A stretch of 64,000 nt of DNA from Patescibacteria group bacterium (lineage in GTDB: Bacteria; Patescibacteriota; Patescibacteriia; UBA1558; GWA2-36-10). A program made the position numbers and the translations under genes. Below, one piece after another: positions 50,064 through 59,908 of this stretch (positions are counted from its first letter, which is position 1; every line of letters starts with the position of its first letter). The stretch is taken from NCBI GenBank assembly GCA_041662585.1, contig JBAZSG010000001.1, positions 66,381 to 130,380 of the forward strand. The letters are read 5' to 3'. The notes under the pieces were generated by a model that did not search any database, was not told the DNA's origin, and saw only the letters and a list, made by a program, of their open reading frames with translations.

Positions 50064-50652
50064 ACATATTATCTACAGCATAAACTGAAAATATATAAGT
50101 CAACCACAATAACACCAAAAACACAGGAATGGCTATACTGATAATAGCAACAAAATTTTGTCTTTTTTTCATCTTTACTAAAAACACAAACAACAAAATA
50201 AATAATATAATACCTGCTGGCACATAAATTGTAGATGGTGATGATACAAGTGGTCTAGATGGTCCTCTAAGAGTAAGCCCCTCATAAAGATTATGAACAT
50301 TAGTTAAAAAATAACCCCCCAGAGCCTCATCTCCTGAAAATTGAATATCAGCACTTATTAAATCATTTGCCTTAATTGGATATTTATCATATTCATCTTT
50401 TGTTAATATAAGATCTCCGTCTTTATATATTGGCCCATTCTGATCATCGCATTCCAAACTATTTTTATCAAAATTTATTCTTACTAAGTAATAGCTAGAT
50501 TCCCTGTCAAATTTAGTCTGTTTTATCAAATCAGAGACTGACTGAACCGACCCTTTAAATGTACAAATAGGAGCTGGCATAGCTGGCACAGCAAAGCTTT
50601 TATTTGTAAAAAATAAACTTACTAATAATAAAGTTAATAATAATTTTTTCAT
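50050..50652 (-). CDS. Secreted protein with a C-terminal membrane anchor
   Basis: Signal peptide and two C-terminal TM helices. Confidence 0.45.
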   Translation of the reverse strand: MKKLLLTLLLVSLFFTNKSFAVPAMPAPICTFKGSVQSVSDLIKQTKFDRESSYYLVRINFDKNSLECDDQNGPIYKDGDLILTKDEYDKYPIKANDLISADIQFSGDEALGGYFLTNVHNLYEGLTLRGPSRPLVSSPSTIYVPAGIILFILLFVFLVKMKKRQNFVAIISIAIPVFLVLLWLTYIFSVYAVDNMFAVL

Positions 50653-50771
50653 AATTTTAAGTTAAAATAGTAACTATTTAATTATATCACTTATTGCTTC
50701 AAACAAAAAACTACCCTGAGTATACTCAAATAGGTAATTTTTTACTAATAGATGCTATAAATTTAAATTTT

Positions 50772-51338
50772 TTAATATTCAAAACAATCAGGAATCATTG
50801 AAGCTGGAAAATCATAATCTTCAATAAGAGAACAAGAAATCATGCCATTGCCATCAAAAACCAATTGCCACTCACCATTTACTTTACTTGCTAAAAATAT
50901 ACCACCTTCACCAATACCATCCCGACCGAACTTAACGCCACCTCTGGCATAATTTTTGGTCTGCTGATTAACTGTCACTCTTACCTCAGCTTGATCTTTT
51001 TGATATTTTTTAACAAACAATTGTTTTATTTTATCGCTGATGTCTTCTGATTCACTTTTGGGCTGACATTCCCCACGAAAATAGCTCCATTCTTCACATT
51101 CTGAATCATCTACAAAAACACAAATACCATTTTGACTACCATCTGACGAGCTTCTAATTTCCAAGCGACCACCTTGTTGCTCACAATAAACCGAAGCTGG
51201 ATTTGCCAAACCGGCTTTATTGCTGGTATCACTATTATTTGTATTGGTTTCTTCGTTTTTATTGCTTGGGCTAGTTTGACTTAAACAGCCGGCCATTACC
51301 AAAGGAATGAAGAATAAAAGAAAAATAGTTTTTTTCAT
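50772..51338 (-). CDS. DUF333-domain lipoprotein (paralog of 43976..44440)
   Basis: MAGC lipobox. NPASVYCEQQGGRLE...GICVFVDDSECEEWSYFRGEC. Confidence 0.65.
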   Translation of the reverse strand: MKKTIFLLFFIPLVMAGCLSQTSPSNKNEETNTNNSDTSNKAGLANPASVYCEQQGGRLEIRSSSDGSQNGICVFVDDSECEEWSYFRGECQPKSESEDISDKIKQLFVKKYQKDQAEVRVTVNQQTKNYARGGVKFGRDGIGEGGIFLASKVNGEWQLVFDGNGMISCSLIEDYDFPASMIPDCFEY

Positions 51339-51417
51339 ATGTTTTTATTGTTACTTACCTATATTATACTACGAAATTATAATAAAATGGTAACAATACA
51401 AGATGTAAATAAATCAA

Positions 51418-52821
51418 TTATTTTAGATGTTGCTGACGGACTTGATTATTTAATTTTTTTAAACTATTGCTTATTTTTACTGGAAATTCATATTCCTGTT
51501 TAATATCTAAATATTTTTTTGGTAATTTATTTAATTCTTTTGAAAAATAGCTTCGAAGTACTTTTATATGAGGTAGTTTTTTAATTAATTTACCTTTTAT
51601 AATATAGGGAAGTAATAATGGCTTACCAAGCTTTTTTTCTCCTTCTAGACCAATGGTATCACTCTTAATTTGGCCATTACTAAAATATTTACGATATACA
51701 TTTTTTAAACCAGGATATGATTCTTTTCCAGGTGTCAATTTGGCCATATATTTTGTTTCAAATTTAAATACTAGCTGTGAAATTTTATAAACAGTTTCTA
51801 ATTTAGGAGCATCTGCAACTGTTAAGCCTTCTGTGGCAATAATAAACACATCAGCTGGTACATTTTTATTCATCATTTCCTTAATTTTATATTCATCTAA
51901 ATTACTAGCCAAATTTATTTTAATATAATTTAATCCAGCTTTATCTAACATTCGACGAGCAATAACAGCACCCTTATATAAATCACCACTATCAATTGTA
52001 ATTGAGGTTAATCTCTTTCCGTTTTTTTCCATTTCTTTGGCCATGAGTATAGCATTTTCAATACCAGGAATTAAATCATAAGTATCAACCATAACACTTG
52101 TATTTAAAAATCTATCGCCATATTCAACTAGTTTCATCATAGCTGTCAATTCTTCATCATATGATTTGATAAAAGCATGATAACCAATAAGAGCGGTCGA
52201 TATTTCTTTGCCTGGAATATTATACTTTCTAAAAAAGGCCGGTGCCCCTATAGTAGAGCCAACAATATAACTTGATCGAGCACATTTCATAGATGACTCC
52301 CAACTATGTGCTCGCATTCCCCAAGGACCAATTAATATTTTTGGCTTGGCAGAAATAACACATCGTGCAGCTTTAGTTGAAAAAATAGTATTACTAGTTA
52401 AAATATTCATTAACATCATAGTCAAAAGATTACATTCAATAAGTGGTGCGCTGATTCGTACAACTGGTTCTTTTTGAAAAAAAATTGATCCTTCTGGCAT
52501 AGCATAAACATCACCAGAAAATTTGAAATTTTTTAAATATTTTGCAAAGGCAGGTGTCAGTAATTTATTTTTTTGAAGATATTTAATTTCGTCCTCAGTA
52601 TAGTGCCAATTAATTATGTCATTAATTATTTCCTCCAGACCAGTAAAAACTAAAAAATTACGATGAGGTGGCATTTCCCTAATTACTAGATCAAAAGTAG
52701 CCCAATATTTATTCATACCATCTTCTAACCAAATTGAACTAACACTAAAAATTTGTGGTAACTCATACAGAACTTTATCAGCTTCAGTGAATAAAAATGA
52801 TTTAGTTTTTCGTTGTTTCAT
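51418..52821 (-). CDS. pncB: Nicotinate phosphoribosyltransferase family protein
   Basis: 467 aa with the VDTYD motif and a NAPRTase N-domain. Confidence 0.8.
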   Translation of the reverse strand: MKQRKTKSFLFTEADKVLYELPQIFSVSSIWLEDGMNKYWATFDLVIREMPPHRNFLVFTGLEEIINDIINWHYTEDEIKYLQKNKLLTPAFAKYLKNFKFSGDVYAMPEGSIFFQKEPVVRISAPLIECNLLTMMLMNILTSNTIFSTKAARCVISAKPKILIGPWGMRAHSWESSMKCARSSYIVGSTIGAPAFFRKYNIPGKEISTALIGYHAFIKSYDEELTAMMKLVEYGDRFLNTSVMVDTYDLIPGIENAILMAKEMEKNGKRLTSITIDSGDLYKGAVIARRMLDKAGLNYIKINLASNLDEYKIKEMMNKNVPADVFIIATEGLTVADAPKLETVYKISQLVFKFETKYMAKLTPGKESYPGLKNVYRKYFSNGQIKSDTIGLEGEKKLGKPLLLPYIIKGKLIKKLPHIKVLRSYFSKELNKLPKKYLDIKQEYEFPVKISNSLKKLNNQVRQQHLK

Positions 52822-53026
52822 AAGTATGATCTTAATTCAAGTTTTAATATATTTATTATATCACTTATTTTTTCAAACAAAAAATAAGCTAGAATTAGCT
52901 TATTTTCCAAATAATTTTAGAAATATTTCTTCTGGACCAAGATCATATCCAGAAAGTAAACCCATTGATAATAACAATAAAAATATAAAAATCAAAACCA
53001 ATATTATAGTTAATAGTTTCATATTT

Positions 53027-54058
53027 TTAATAGCCACCAACCACACAAATTCCTCTATTTGTAGCTTCGTCTAATGGATTTTCAATAGTTTCTCCGTCTA
53101 CTATATAAACATTTGTACCTTCACCAGTTGTTAAATCTATATCAACCTCCGCTTCATAATTACCTGAGGACATATCTCTATACATCTTAACAACTGCTGT
53201 CTTTAAATCATCATCAGCCAAAGAACAGGACAAAAGACCATTGTTTGGTAAATCTTCTTCCGTTTTACATACACCATTTTCCATTGCTACCACCCTCATT
53301 TCTAATTGTTCCCCAGTTAAAGGGTGCATAAAATTACAAGAAAATCCGACATTACACTGCTCTAAATTATTGGCAAAATCAACATAACAATTGGATTGTT
53401 CTGTAATATCTAAGTCTGCAATTTCTTCACTTGAAATTTCCTCTTCTGCCTCAACATCAATTCTAGCTAAATCACCATTGGTAATTCCTAGTGATAAAAA
53501 TCTCATAATCTGATAAGCAGAGGGACCATCTGGCATATAATATCTTTTATTATTGTCTGGATTTATATACCATGCCTCACCATTTGTTTCTACTTGTAAA
53601 AGTATTTTACCTTTTAATCTATTTGCTAAATTTAAATCATAAGATAAATTACCAGCTCCTAGAGGATTATAATTTGCTTTTACTTCTGTGCCATCATCAT
53701 AGCCATCGTTGTCTGTATCACTATTATATTTATCTGTTCCCAAACCATCTTCTAATTTGTCACATAGGCCATCGTTGTCTGAATCTAAACATTCAAACCT
53801 ATCTTCAAAACCTATTGGTATTTTATTTATATCACTATTACTAACACCCAATCCCAAATCTCTCATCATCCCATAAGCAGCATCACCATCTTTCATATAC
53901 ATTCTTTGACCATCTTCTGGTTTTACATACCAAGCTTCGCCATTGGCTTCTACTTGTAAAAGAATTTTTCCTCTCAATCTTATTTCTGCTGGAGAGGCTT
54001 GAGATAATATTGGTAATACCAATATTATCAAACTAAAGGTTAATAATAATTTTTTCAT
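53027..54058 (-). CDS. Secreted protein with two ~100-aa repeats and thrombospondin type-3-like Asp-rich Ca-binding repeats
   Basis: Signal peptide, duplicated GKILLQVE.NGEAWY...R.YM.DG module, DSDNDGLCDKLEDGLGTDKYNSDTDNDGYDDGTE. Confidence 0.55.
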   Translation of the reverse strand: MKKLLLTFSLIILVLPILSQASPAEIRLRGKILLQVEANGEAWYVKPEDGQRMYMKDGDAAYGMMRDLGLGVSNSDINKIPIGFEDRFECLDSDNDGLCDKLEDGLGTDKYNSDTDNDGYDDGTEVKANYNPLGAGNLSYDLNLANRLKGKILLQVETNGEAWYINPDNNKRYYMPDGPSAYQIMRFLSLGITNGDLARIDVEAEEEISSEEIADLDITEQSNCYVDFANNLEQCNVGFSCNFMHPLTGEQLEMRVVAMENGVCKTEEDLPNNGLLSCSLADDDLKTAVVKMYRDMSSGNYEAEVDIDLTTGEGTNVYIVDGETIENPLDEATNRGICVVGGY

Positions 54059-54326
54059 AATTTTATTTTAAATTTTAATATGTTTATTATACCACTTCTT
54101 TTTTCAAACAAAAAACCATTCCTTTTGAAATGATTCTTTAATGGGAATTATTTTCTAATTTTAGAATGTTGGAACTAGATATTGACAAAATGACTAATTT
54201 CTATTACTTTAATATATTCAAAAATCTAACTTTTGAATAAGTTCATTGACATCACCACCTGCCTAGAAATAGTGCAGATAAAACCACAAAGATCCGTAGT
54301 ATAGGATCAGTAAAAGGAGAAAGGCC

Positions 54327-55655
54327 ATGAAGGAAGTGTTTGTCACTGATCTAATCAACAACGGATCCCTCAATACCGAGGTCCAGTTGCAAGGTTGGAT
54401 CAAGAATCGCCGACACCACGGAAAACTCGTTTTTCTTGATGTCTGTGATTCCACTGGTATCATCCAGGTTGTCATAAACCGCGAAACAATTGATGAGGAC
54501 AGTTTCAATCTGGCAAAGAAAGCCAACCTCGAAACCTCTGTCAACATCAGGGGCACCCTGATCAACGGCAGTGGCAAGAGCCAACTCGACAGGGAGATCG
54601 TCGTACATGAGTTCAACATCATCGGAGAGGCAGAATCCATCTCGCCTGCTATCCGAGCGGATGATATTGACATCTCTAATCCTGGAAATGCTGATCACCT
54701 ACTGAAAAACCGCCACCTCTACATCCGCAATCCGCAGATCATCGCGGTCATGATTTTCAGGCACAGGATCATGCATTTCATCCGTGAGTGGTTCGTGAAG
54801 AACCGCTACATTGAAATCACAGCTCCGGTCCTGACCATGCTACCGCTCTACTCGGATGGCAGTGTCCTGCCTGTCGACATCAAAGGTGAGAAAGCCTACC
54901 TCACTCAGTGCGTGGGATTTTATTTGGAAGCTTCTGTTCATGCTCTGGAACGCGTCTACAACATGGGACCGTCTTTCAGAGGAGAAGAGAGCAGGAGTCT
55001 CCGACACCTGATGGAATACTGGCACATCAAAGGAGAGGCTGCCTTCGCCGATTTGGAAGATGCTATCCACACCGTGGAAAGCATCTTTAGTGAAACGGTG
55101 GAATTCTGCGAAAGGGAATGCCAAGATATCTTTGCTACCCTGGGCACTGAAATTCACACTGAAGGCAAGCTCATTCCATTCCCTCGCATCAGCTACCGCG
55201 AAGCCGGCGAGATGCTGAAAGCTGCCGGACTGCCTTTCGAGTTTGGTACTAGTCTTAGTACTACCGACGAGGAATTCCTGGCGGCGCAGTTCGACCGACC
55301 ATTCTGGGTTGTCGGCATTCCCCGCAAGATCGAACCATTCCCCTACGTCATTGACCCTGACGATCCTGAAATCACTAGAACAGCCGATCTCATCGCTTCC
55401 CGAGGATTCGGAGAGCTTCTCGGCGTCGCTGAGAAAATTTCCAACCTCGAAAGCCTTGACGAGAGACTCCGTGAAAAAGGCAAAGCTGGAGACGAAAACC
55501 ACGAATGGCTACGGGACATCAGAAAATACGGCTGTGTCCCGCACATTGGTTTTGGCATGGGTGTTGAACGTCTGCTCAGGTGGCTTCTAGACATCAGGCA
55601 CGTTCGTGATACTATGCCATTTCCACGAATCTTCCGTCGTAGAATTTACCCATAA
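54327..55655 (+). CDS. asnS: Asparaginyl-tRNA synthetase-like class IIb aaRS (about 50% GC, foreign composition)
   Basis: N-terminal OB-fold anticodon-binding domain, motif 2 GPSFRGEESRSLRHLMEYWHIKGE, motif 3 GFGMGVERLL. AAGGAG RBS 7 nt upstream. Confidence 0.8.
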   Translation: MKEVFVTDLINNGSLNTEVQLQGWIKNRRHHGKLVFLDVCDSTGIIQVVINRETIDEDSFNLAKKANLETSVNIRGTLINGSGKSQLDREIVVHEFNIIGEAESISPAIRADDIDISNPGNADHLLKNRHLYIRNPQIIAVMIFRHRIMHFIREWFVKNRYIEITAPVLTMLPLYSDGSVLPVDIKGEKAYLTQCVGFYLEASVHALERVYNMGPSFRGEESRSLRHLMEYWHIKGEAAFADLEDAIHTVESIFSETVEFCERECQDIFATLGTEIHTEGKLIPFPRISYREAGEMLKAAGLPFEFGTSLSTTDEEFLAAQFDRPFWVVGIPRKIEPFPYVIDPDDPEITRTADLIASRGFGELLGVAEKISNLESLDERLREKGKAGDENHEWLRDIRKYGCVPHIGFGMGVERLLRWLLDIRHVRDTMPFPRIFRRRIYP

Positions 55656-55676
55656 AAATAGAAAGAGGTAACAACC

Positions 55677-56984
55677 GTGAAAAGAATACTAATCGGCAAT
55701 CTCCAACAGATGCCTAGTGGCCAGATGGTCACCATCTGTGGCTGGTTGCATTCTCTGCGCAAGCAGAAGAATATGATCTTCGCAGTGGTCAGAGACTATA
55801 CTGGTCTTGTCCAGTTGTCCTACTTCCGCGGTGACAACCAGTTGAATATCGAGAAAGCCCTCGAACAGCTTACTGTCGAATCAGCAATCATCGTCACCGG
55901 TGAACTGCTGACCAATGAAGCGGTCAAGCTCGGTGGCAAGGAAATCAAGCCAGAGACAATCAAGATCGTCTCGCTGGCCGAATCTCCCCTGCCGCTTTCG
56001 GACAAATCGCCCTTGGACACTCGTCTGGACTGGCGTTTCCTCGACCTTCGCAAGGAGAAACAACAACTCATTATGCGAGTCCAGACTGTTGCCGAACATG
56101 CCATGCGCCTGTTCTGGCAACAAGAAGGATTCGTCGAGATACACTCTCCCAAACTGATGGGAAGCTCCAGCGAATCCGGCAGTGAACTGTTCCGTCTGCC
56201 CTACTTCGGCGGCGAAGCCTTCTTGGCCCAGTCACCTCAGTTTTTCAAGCAGATGGCTATGGCTGCCGGCCTAGAACGCGTTTTCGAGATTGGTCCGGTG
56301 TTCCGAGCCAACAAGTCCCACACTGTCCGCCATGACACGGAATTTACCAGCGTGGATGTCGAGTTCTCCTGGATCGAGTCCCATCACGAAGTGATGGAGC
56401 TCGAGGAAAGGTGGCTTTGTTTCGTCATTGCCTACATCAAGGACAAACTTGGTGAGCAGATCACCAATCTCTTCGGTGTTGAAGTGGTTGTTCCTCAACT
56501 TCCTTTCCCTAGAGTGACGATGGTCGAAGCTCAGAACATCGTCGCTCAACGAGGTCATATTTGCGAACGCAAAGATGACCTCGACCCCGAAGGCGAAAGG
56601 CAACTCAGCTCCTACATCATGGGGAAGTTCGGACACCAAATGGTGTTCGTAACTGACTACCCCACCGAAGTTAGACCTTTCTATCACATGAGGCCGACAC
56701 ACAACCCCGAACTGACCAACAGCTTCGACCTTCTGTGGAAGGGGCTCGAAGTCACCACTGGGGCTCAGCGAGAACATCGTTACGATGTCCTGCGTCAACA
56801 AGCCGTCGACAAGGGTCTCGAACTGGAACCCATCCGATTCTATCTGGACTTCTTCCGCTACGGCATGCCGCCGCACGGAGGATACGGTTTCGGTCTCACC
56901 CGTATGCTTATGGTACTCCTCGGACTATCCAATGTCCGCGAGGTCACCTACGTATATCGTGGTGTCAACAGACTGACTCCCTAA
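55677..56984 (+). CDS. aspS: Aspartyl-tRNA synthetase, archaeal/eukaryal short type (about 50% GC)
   Basis: OB fold, QSPQFFKQ AspRS signature, GPVFRANKSHTVRHDTEFT, GGYGFGLTRM. Confidence 0.8.
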   Translation: MKRILIGNLQQMPSGQMVTICGWLHSLRKQKNMIFAVVRDYTGLVQLSYFRGDNQLNIEKALEQLTVESAIIVTGELLTNEAVKLGGKEIKPETIKIVSLAESPLPLSDKSPLDTRLDWRFLDLRKEKQQLIMRVQTVAEHAMRLFWQQEGFVEIHSPKLMGSSSESGSELFRLPYFGGEAFLAQSPQFFKQMAMAAGLERVFEIGPVFRANKSHTVRHDTEFTSVDVEFSWIESHHEVMELEERWLCFVIAYIKDKLGEQITNLFGVEVVVPQLPFPRVTMVEAQNIVAQRGHICERKDDLDPEGERQLSSYIMGKFGHQMVFVTDYPTEVRPFYHMRPTHNPELTNSFDLLWKGLEVTTGAQREHRYDVLRQQAVDKGLELEPIRFYLDFFRYGMPPHGGYGFGLTRMLMVLLGLSNVREVTYVYRGVNRLTP

Positions 56985-57001
56985 CATAGGAGACACGACC
57001 C

Positions 57002-57046
57002 AAGAGGGGCCTAGCATCATTTGCCGGGCCCCTCTTCTTTTTTTAT
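57002..57046 (+). terminator. GC-rich intrinsic terminator after aspS
   Basis: aagaggggcc...ggcccctctt followed by a T-run. Confidence 0.75.
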
Positions 57047-57050
57047 AAAC

Positions 57051-57800
57051 TTATAATTCTGATATAGCGTGAAATTTATTTTCTTTTTTCAACTTATGTT
57101 TAAAGTATTTTCCATCTTTCCAATATATTTTGTATACATTAGCAAATTTCCTAGAACTAATAATTCTAAACATGCCATCAACTATTTCAATTGCGGCACA
57201 ATTTTCTGCAGCTAGAGCAAAACCAGAAATTTTTTTCATCCTTTCTTTTATATCAATTTGTCTATCCTTCTCAAAATCATAATGAGGAGAAAATAAAGCA
57301 TTGACTATACCTAAGCCCGAGACAGTTATATATGGGACTTTTTTATTAGTAAATTTTTTTGCATCACTCTGACCATATTTAAACCAACAAATAGCGCCAG
57401 CACTCAAACCAGAAAGAACTATCCCTTTACTATACGCTTCTATAAGTAGCCTATCTACTCCAAATTTTCGCCAAGTTTTCATCATCTTTAAAGTGTTGCC
57501 TCCTCCTACATATATAACGTCCGCATTGAGAATTTTATTTTTCAATTCTTTTTTTGTATATTTATTTTTTATTAAAAGCAAAGATGAAACTTTAGCTCCT
57601 AATTTTCCCCCAAAATAATTATTAATTACATCTATATACCCTTGAGCGTCTGAACTAGCAGTAGGAATAAAAAGCAAATTTGGACTCTTTTTGCCCGAGA
57701 GCTTGATAACCTCTTTATCTATTGCTAATGTCTCTATTTTATAGCCAGGTCGGCCTATTTCTCCACCACCGATAGCTATTATTTTTTTTGTCTTTTCCAT
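57051..57800 (-). CDS. Peptidase S51 family (dipeptidase E/cyanophycinase-like)
   Basis: IGGG...LFIPTAS...YVGGGNT...SGLSAGA. Host-like AT-rich composition. Confidence 0.7.
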   Translation of the reverse strand: MEKTKKIIAIGGGEIGRPGYKIETLAIDKEVIKLSGKKSPNLLFIPTASSDAQGYIDVINNYFGGKLGAKVSSLLLIKNKYTKKELKNKILNADVIYVGGGNTLKMMKTWRKFGVDRLLIEAYSKGIVLSGLSAGAICWFKYGQSDAKKFTNKKVPYITVSGLGIVNALFSPHYDFEKDRQIDIKERMKKISGFALAAENCAAIEIVDGMFRIISSRKFANVYKIYWKDGKYFKHKLKKENKFHAISEL

Positions 57801-57947
57801 AAAAAAATTATAGCAAAAAATCGCTATTATTCAAATATGTAACTATAAAGCCTAAAACTTTACAAAATGTAACAATCATGATAATTATAGTAATAATTAA
57901 AAAAATTTTAATGTACCTTGAAACCTTCATCATTTAGGAGGGATACC

Positions 57948-58970
57948 ATGTCTGAAGCCAGAGACAACATAGAGCACGGCCTCACTATCACCAAAAGAGA
58001 GCTGGCTAAACGTGATGAAATTCTCGCCTACCTGCCCGAAATCATCATAGACGCGCATGCTCACGCCGGACTTGAAGAGCAGGTCGGTCAGATTGACCCC
58101 AGAACCATGCAGCACATGATGACGACATTCCCCTTCTTCAGTCTAGAAGACTCGGCCCGAATGAACAGCCTATTCTTTACGGGAAAACTGGTGCATACCT
58201 TGCGCTTTGCCATCCCGTGGAGAGGCATAGATCATCGGTCTGCTAACCAGTACCTGCTGAAAAACAGTCCACCCTCAGATAGGGTTGCCCTTTGTGGCAT
58301 CCCTGATGACCCGGACTATACAATAAACCAATTGTGCAGAAAAAAATACTGCGCACTAAAAATGTATGTCAGATACTTTGAACCCCCGGCAACCAGAATA
58401 TACGAATTTTTTCTGCCTGAGATACTGGAAGAAGCGCAAGTTCTGGACATTCCAATAATACTGCATCTGCCGGCTATGATCACCAAGTGTATTGATGATT
58501 TGGATAGGTGCTTATCGGACTTTCCCAAGCTACGGGTAGTGCTAGCTCACCTGGGCCTACCTCATCTACCCATACCAGGATTAGCAGAAGCTTACGATCA
58601 ATTCGCGAGCTACCCTCAAGTGTCCATGGATACGGCAATGATCCCTTCCAAAGAAGTGGTCGCTCTGGCTCTAAAAGCTTTCGGCCACGATCGAATAATG
58701 TACGGTTCCGATCAACCTCTGAACATACTAAGGCAAGTCGTCTATCACCACCCTGAAAAGGGAGAAAGAATAGTGACGCATCGTCGCTACCACTGGAGTG
58801 ATTCACTAGAACACGAACAATACGGCCACCTGGCTGTTGGTGCCGTGCACTCGCATTGGCAATGCTTAGAATCTCTGCTGGAAGGAATCAAACAAATATT
58901 CCCCAGCTCCGAAGCTGAAGCGCGTCGCAATATATTCTGCGCTAATGCGCGGAAAATGTTCGACTTCTAA
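57948..58970 (+). CDS. Amidohydrolase-2 (TIM-barrel metal-dependent hydrolase) family protein (about 50% GC)
   Basis: IIDAHAHAG, VLAHLG, MYGSDQP motifs. AGGAGG RBS. Start taken at MSEARD. Confidence 0.7.
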   Translation: MSEARDNIEHGLTITKRELAKRDEILAYLPEIIIDAHAHAGLEEQVGQIDPRTMQHMMTTFPFFSLEDSARMNSLFFTGKLVHTLRFAIPWRGIDHRSANQYLLKNSPPSDRVALCGIPDDPDYTINQLCRKKYCALKMYVRYFEPPATRIYEFFLPEILEEAQVLDIPIILHLPAMITKCIDDLDRCLSDFPKLRVVLAHLGLPHLPIPGLAEAYDQFASYPQVSMDTAMIPSKEVVALALKAFGHDRIMYGSDQPLNILRQVVYHHPEKGERIVTHRRYHWSDSLEHEQYGHLAVGAVHSHWQCLESLLEGIKQIFPSSEAEARRNIFCANARKMFDF

Positions 58971-58982
58971 ACACGGTACGGT

Positions 58983-59023
58983 AAGGGGGATTCGCCTAAA
59001 AATGAACCCCCCTTGTTTTATTA
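58983..59023 (+). terminator. Intrinsic terminator after the amidohydrolase gene
   Basis: aaggggg...ccccctt plus a T-run. Confidence 0.7.
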
Positions 59024-59065
59024 TTAAAATTCTACAATTTTTTGTAACTCGTACTGTCAAAAAAA

Positions 59066-59101
59066 CAAAAACAAGTTTATAAAAATATAAACTTGTTTTT
59101 G
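59066..59101. repeat. Perfect 16-bp-arm palindrome (caaaaacaagtttata-aaaa-tataaacttgtttttg)
   Basis: Seen directly. It occupies the same position as the terminator hairpins of the other cassettes. Confidence 0.8.
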
Positions 59102-59133
59102 TTGGAATCCTCTGTGGAATAAATTCCGAACCT
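59102..59133 (-). repeat. Degenerate tRNA-His 3'-end copy (fragment E)
   Basis: The minus-strand reading AAGGTTCGGAATTTATTCCACAGAGGATTCCA aligns with the tRNA-His T-arm and acceptor 3' half. Confidence 0.5.
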
Positions 59134-59137
59134 TTTG

Positions 59138-59494
59138 TTATCGTTTGTTATAAAATAAATAAATTGGAAGTACTATATCAAATATGATTATTGCTAAAAA
59201 TATTTTGTTTTTTAAAATATTTTTTTTATACATCTTATAATATAATATTGCTATTATAACGAAAGAAACGATTAGTATGGGGATGCCCCAAATTAAATAT
59301 CCTAACCAAGCCCAAAATATGCCGTCATCAGAATTTCCTCTCAACATATTAAGAAGTCCTGCTAAAACGAAATACTTACCTACGAAATACGTACCTACAA
59401 TAACTGGCAGTACAAAAAGGATAAGAAGCCCCCGTAAACCATTAAATTTTTTTGCTGGTCCTAAATTTTTATCAACCTGATTTAATTCTTTCAT
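59138..59494 (-). CDS. Small polytopic membrane protein
   Basis: 3 TM. Confidence 0.45.
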   Translation of the reverse strand: MKELNQVDKNLGPAKKFNGLRGLLILFVLPVIVGTYFVGKYFVLAGLLNMLRGNSDDGIFWAWLGYLIWGIPILIVSFVIIAILYYKMYKKNILKNKIFLAIIIFDIVLPIYLFYNKR

Positions 59495-59503
59495 AATTTT
59501 ATT

Positions 59504-59767
59504 TTAATCTTCTAATAATTCTATTTGTTGGCATTGATTATTATCACAATAACAAGCAAAGGGCTGTGGTAAATATAAAATATCTATACCACCAATTTTT
59601 ATTGGTTTCCTACTCCAACATCCTGATAAAATACCTCCACTGATTTTTTTACAATCTAAATCCTGGCTACAATTTTTACTACCTCCAAAACTAAAAGATG
59701 TAAACAACCATATGTAAATAAATATGCCAATTAAAATTATGATTAAAATCAATAGAATCTTTTTCAT
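59504..59767 (-). CDS. Membrane-anchored 6-Cys domain protein (paralog of the N-domain of 36652..37302)
   Basis: FTSFSFGGSKNCSQDLDCKKISGGILSGCWSRKPIKIG...C.C.NNQC, about 65% identical to the 37-kb copy. Confidence 0.55.
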   Translation of the reverse strand: MKKILLILIIILIGIFIYIWLFTSFSFGGSKNCSQDLDCKKISGGILSGCWSRKPIKIGGIDILYLPQPFACYCDNNQCQQIELLED

Positions 59768-59826
59768 AATATAATTATACCACCTATTTTTAAAACAAAA
59801 AACTAGCTATTATTAGCTAATTCTCT

Positions 59827-59888
59827 GATGGATCCCTTATAGCCTGCCTGCCGGCAGGCAGGGACGAATTCAGAACCCTAGATTGGAG
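59827..59888 (-). repeat. Degenerate tRNA-His 3'-end copy (fragment C) interrupted by a 20-bp GC palindrome cctgcctgccggcaggcagg
   Basis: gatgg..ccctt...gaattcagaaccctagattgg, with the palindrome at 59843..59862. Confidence 0.6.
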
Positions 59889-59908
59889 CAAGTTGCAACA
59901 CAGTATTC

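Noticed and set aside
54110-54200. Possible further degenerate tRNA-His fragment at the left edge of the GC island (tgggaattattttctaattttagaatgttgg)
   Set aside because: The similarity to the fragment consensus is too weak to call without alignment statistics. It is mentioned only as a possible left att remnant.
54840-55502. 220-aa minus-strand ORF (also 54263..54673, 54351..54698, 55343..55594, 55820..56152, 56271..56876)
   Set aside because: Antisense shadow ORFs created by the high GC content of the asnS/aspS island. They have no RBS and no domain.
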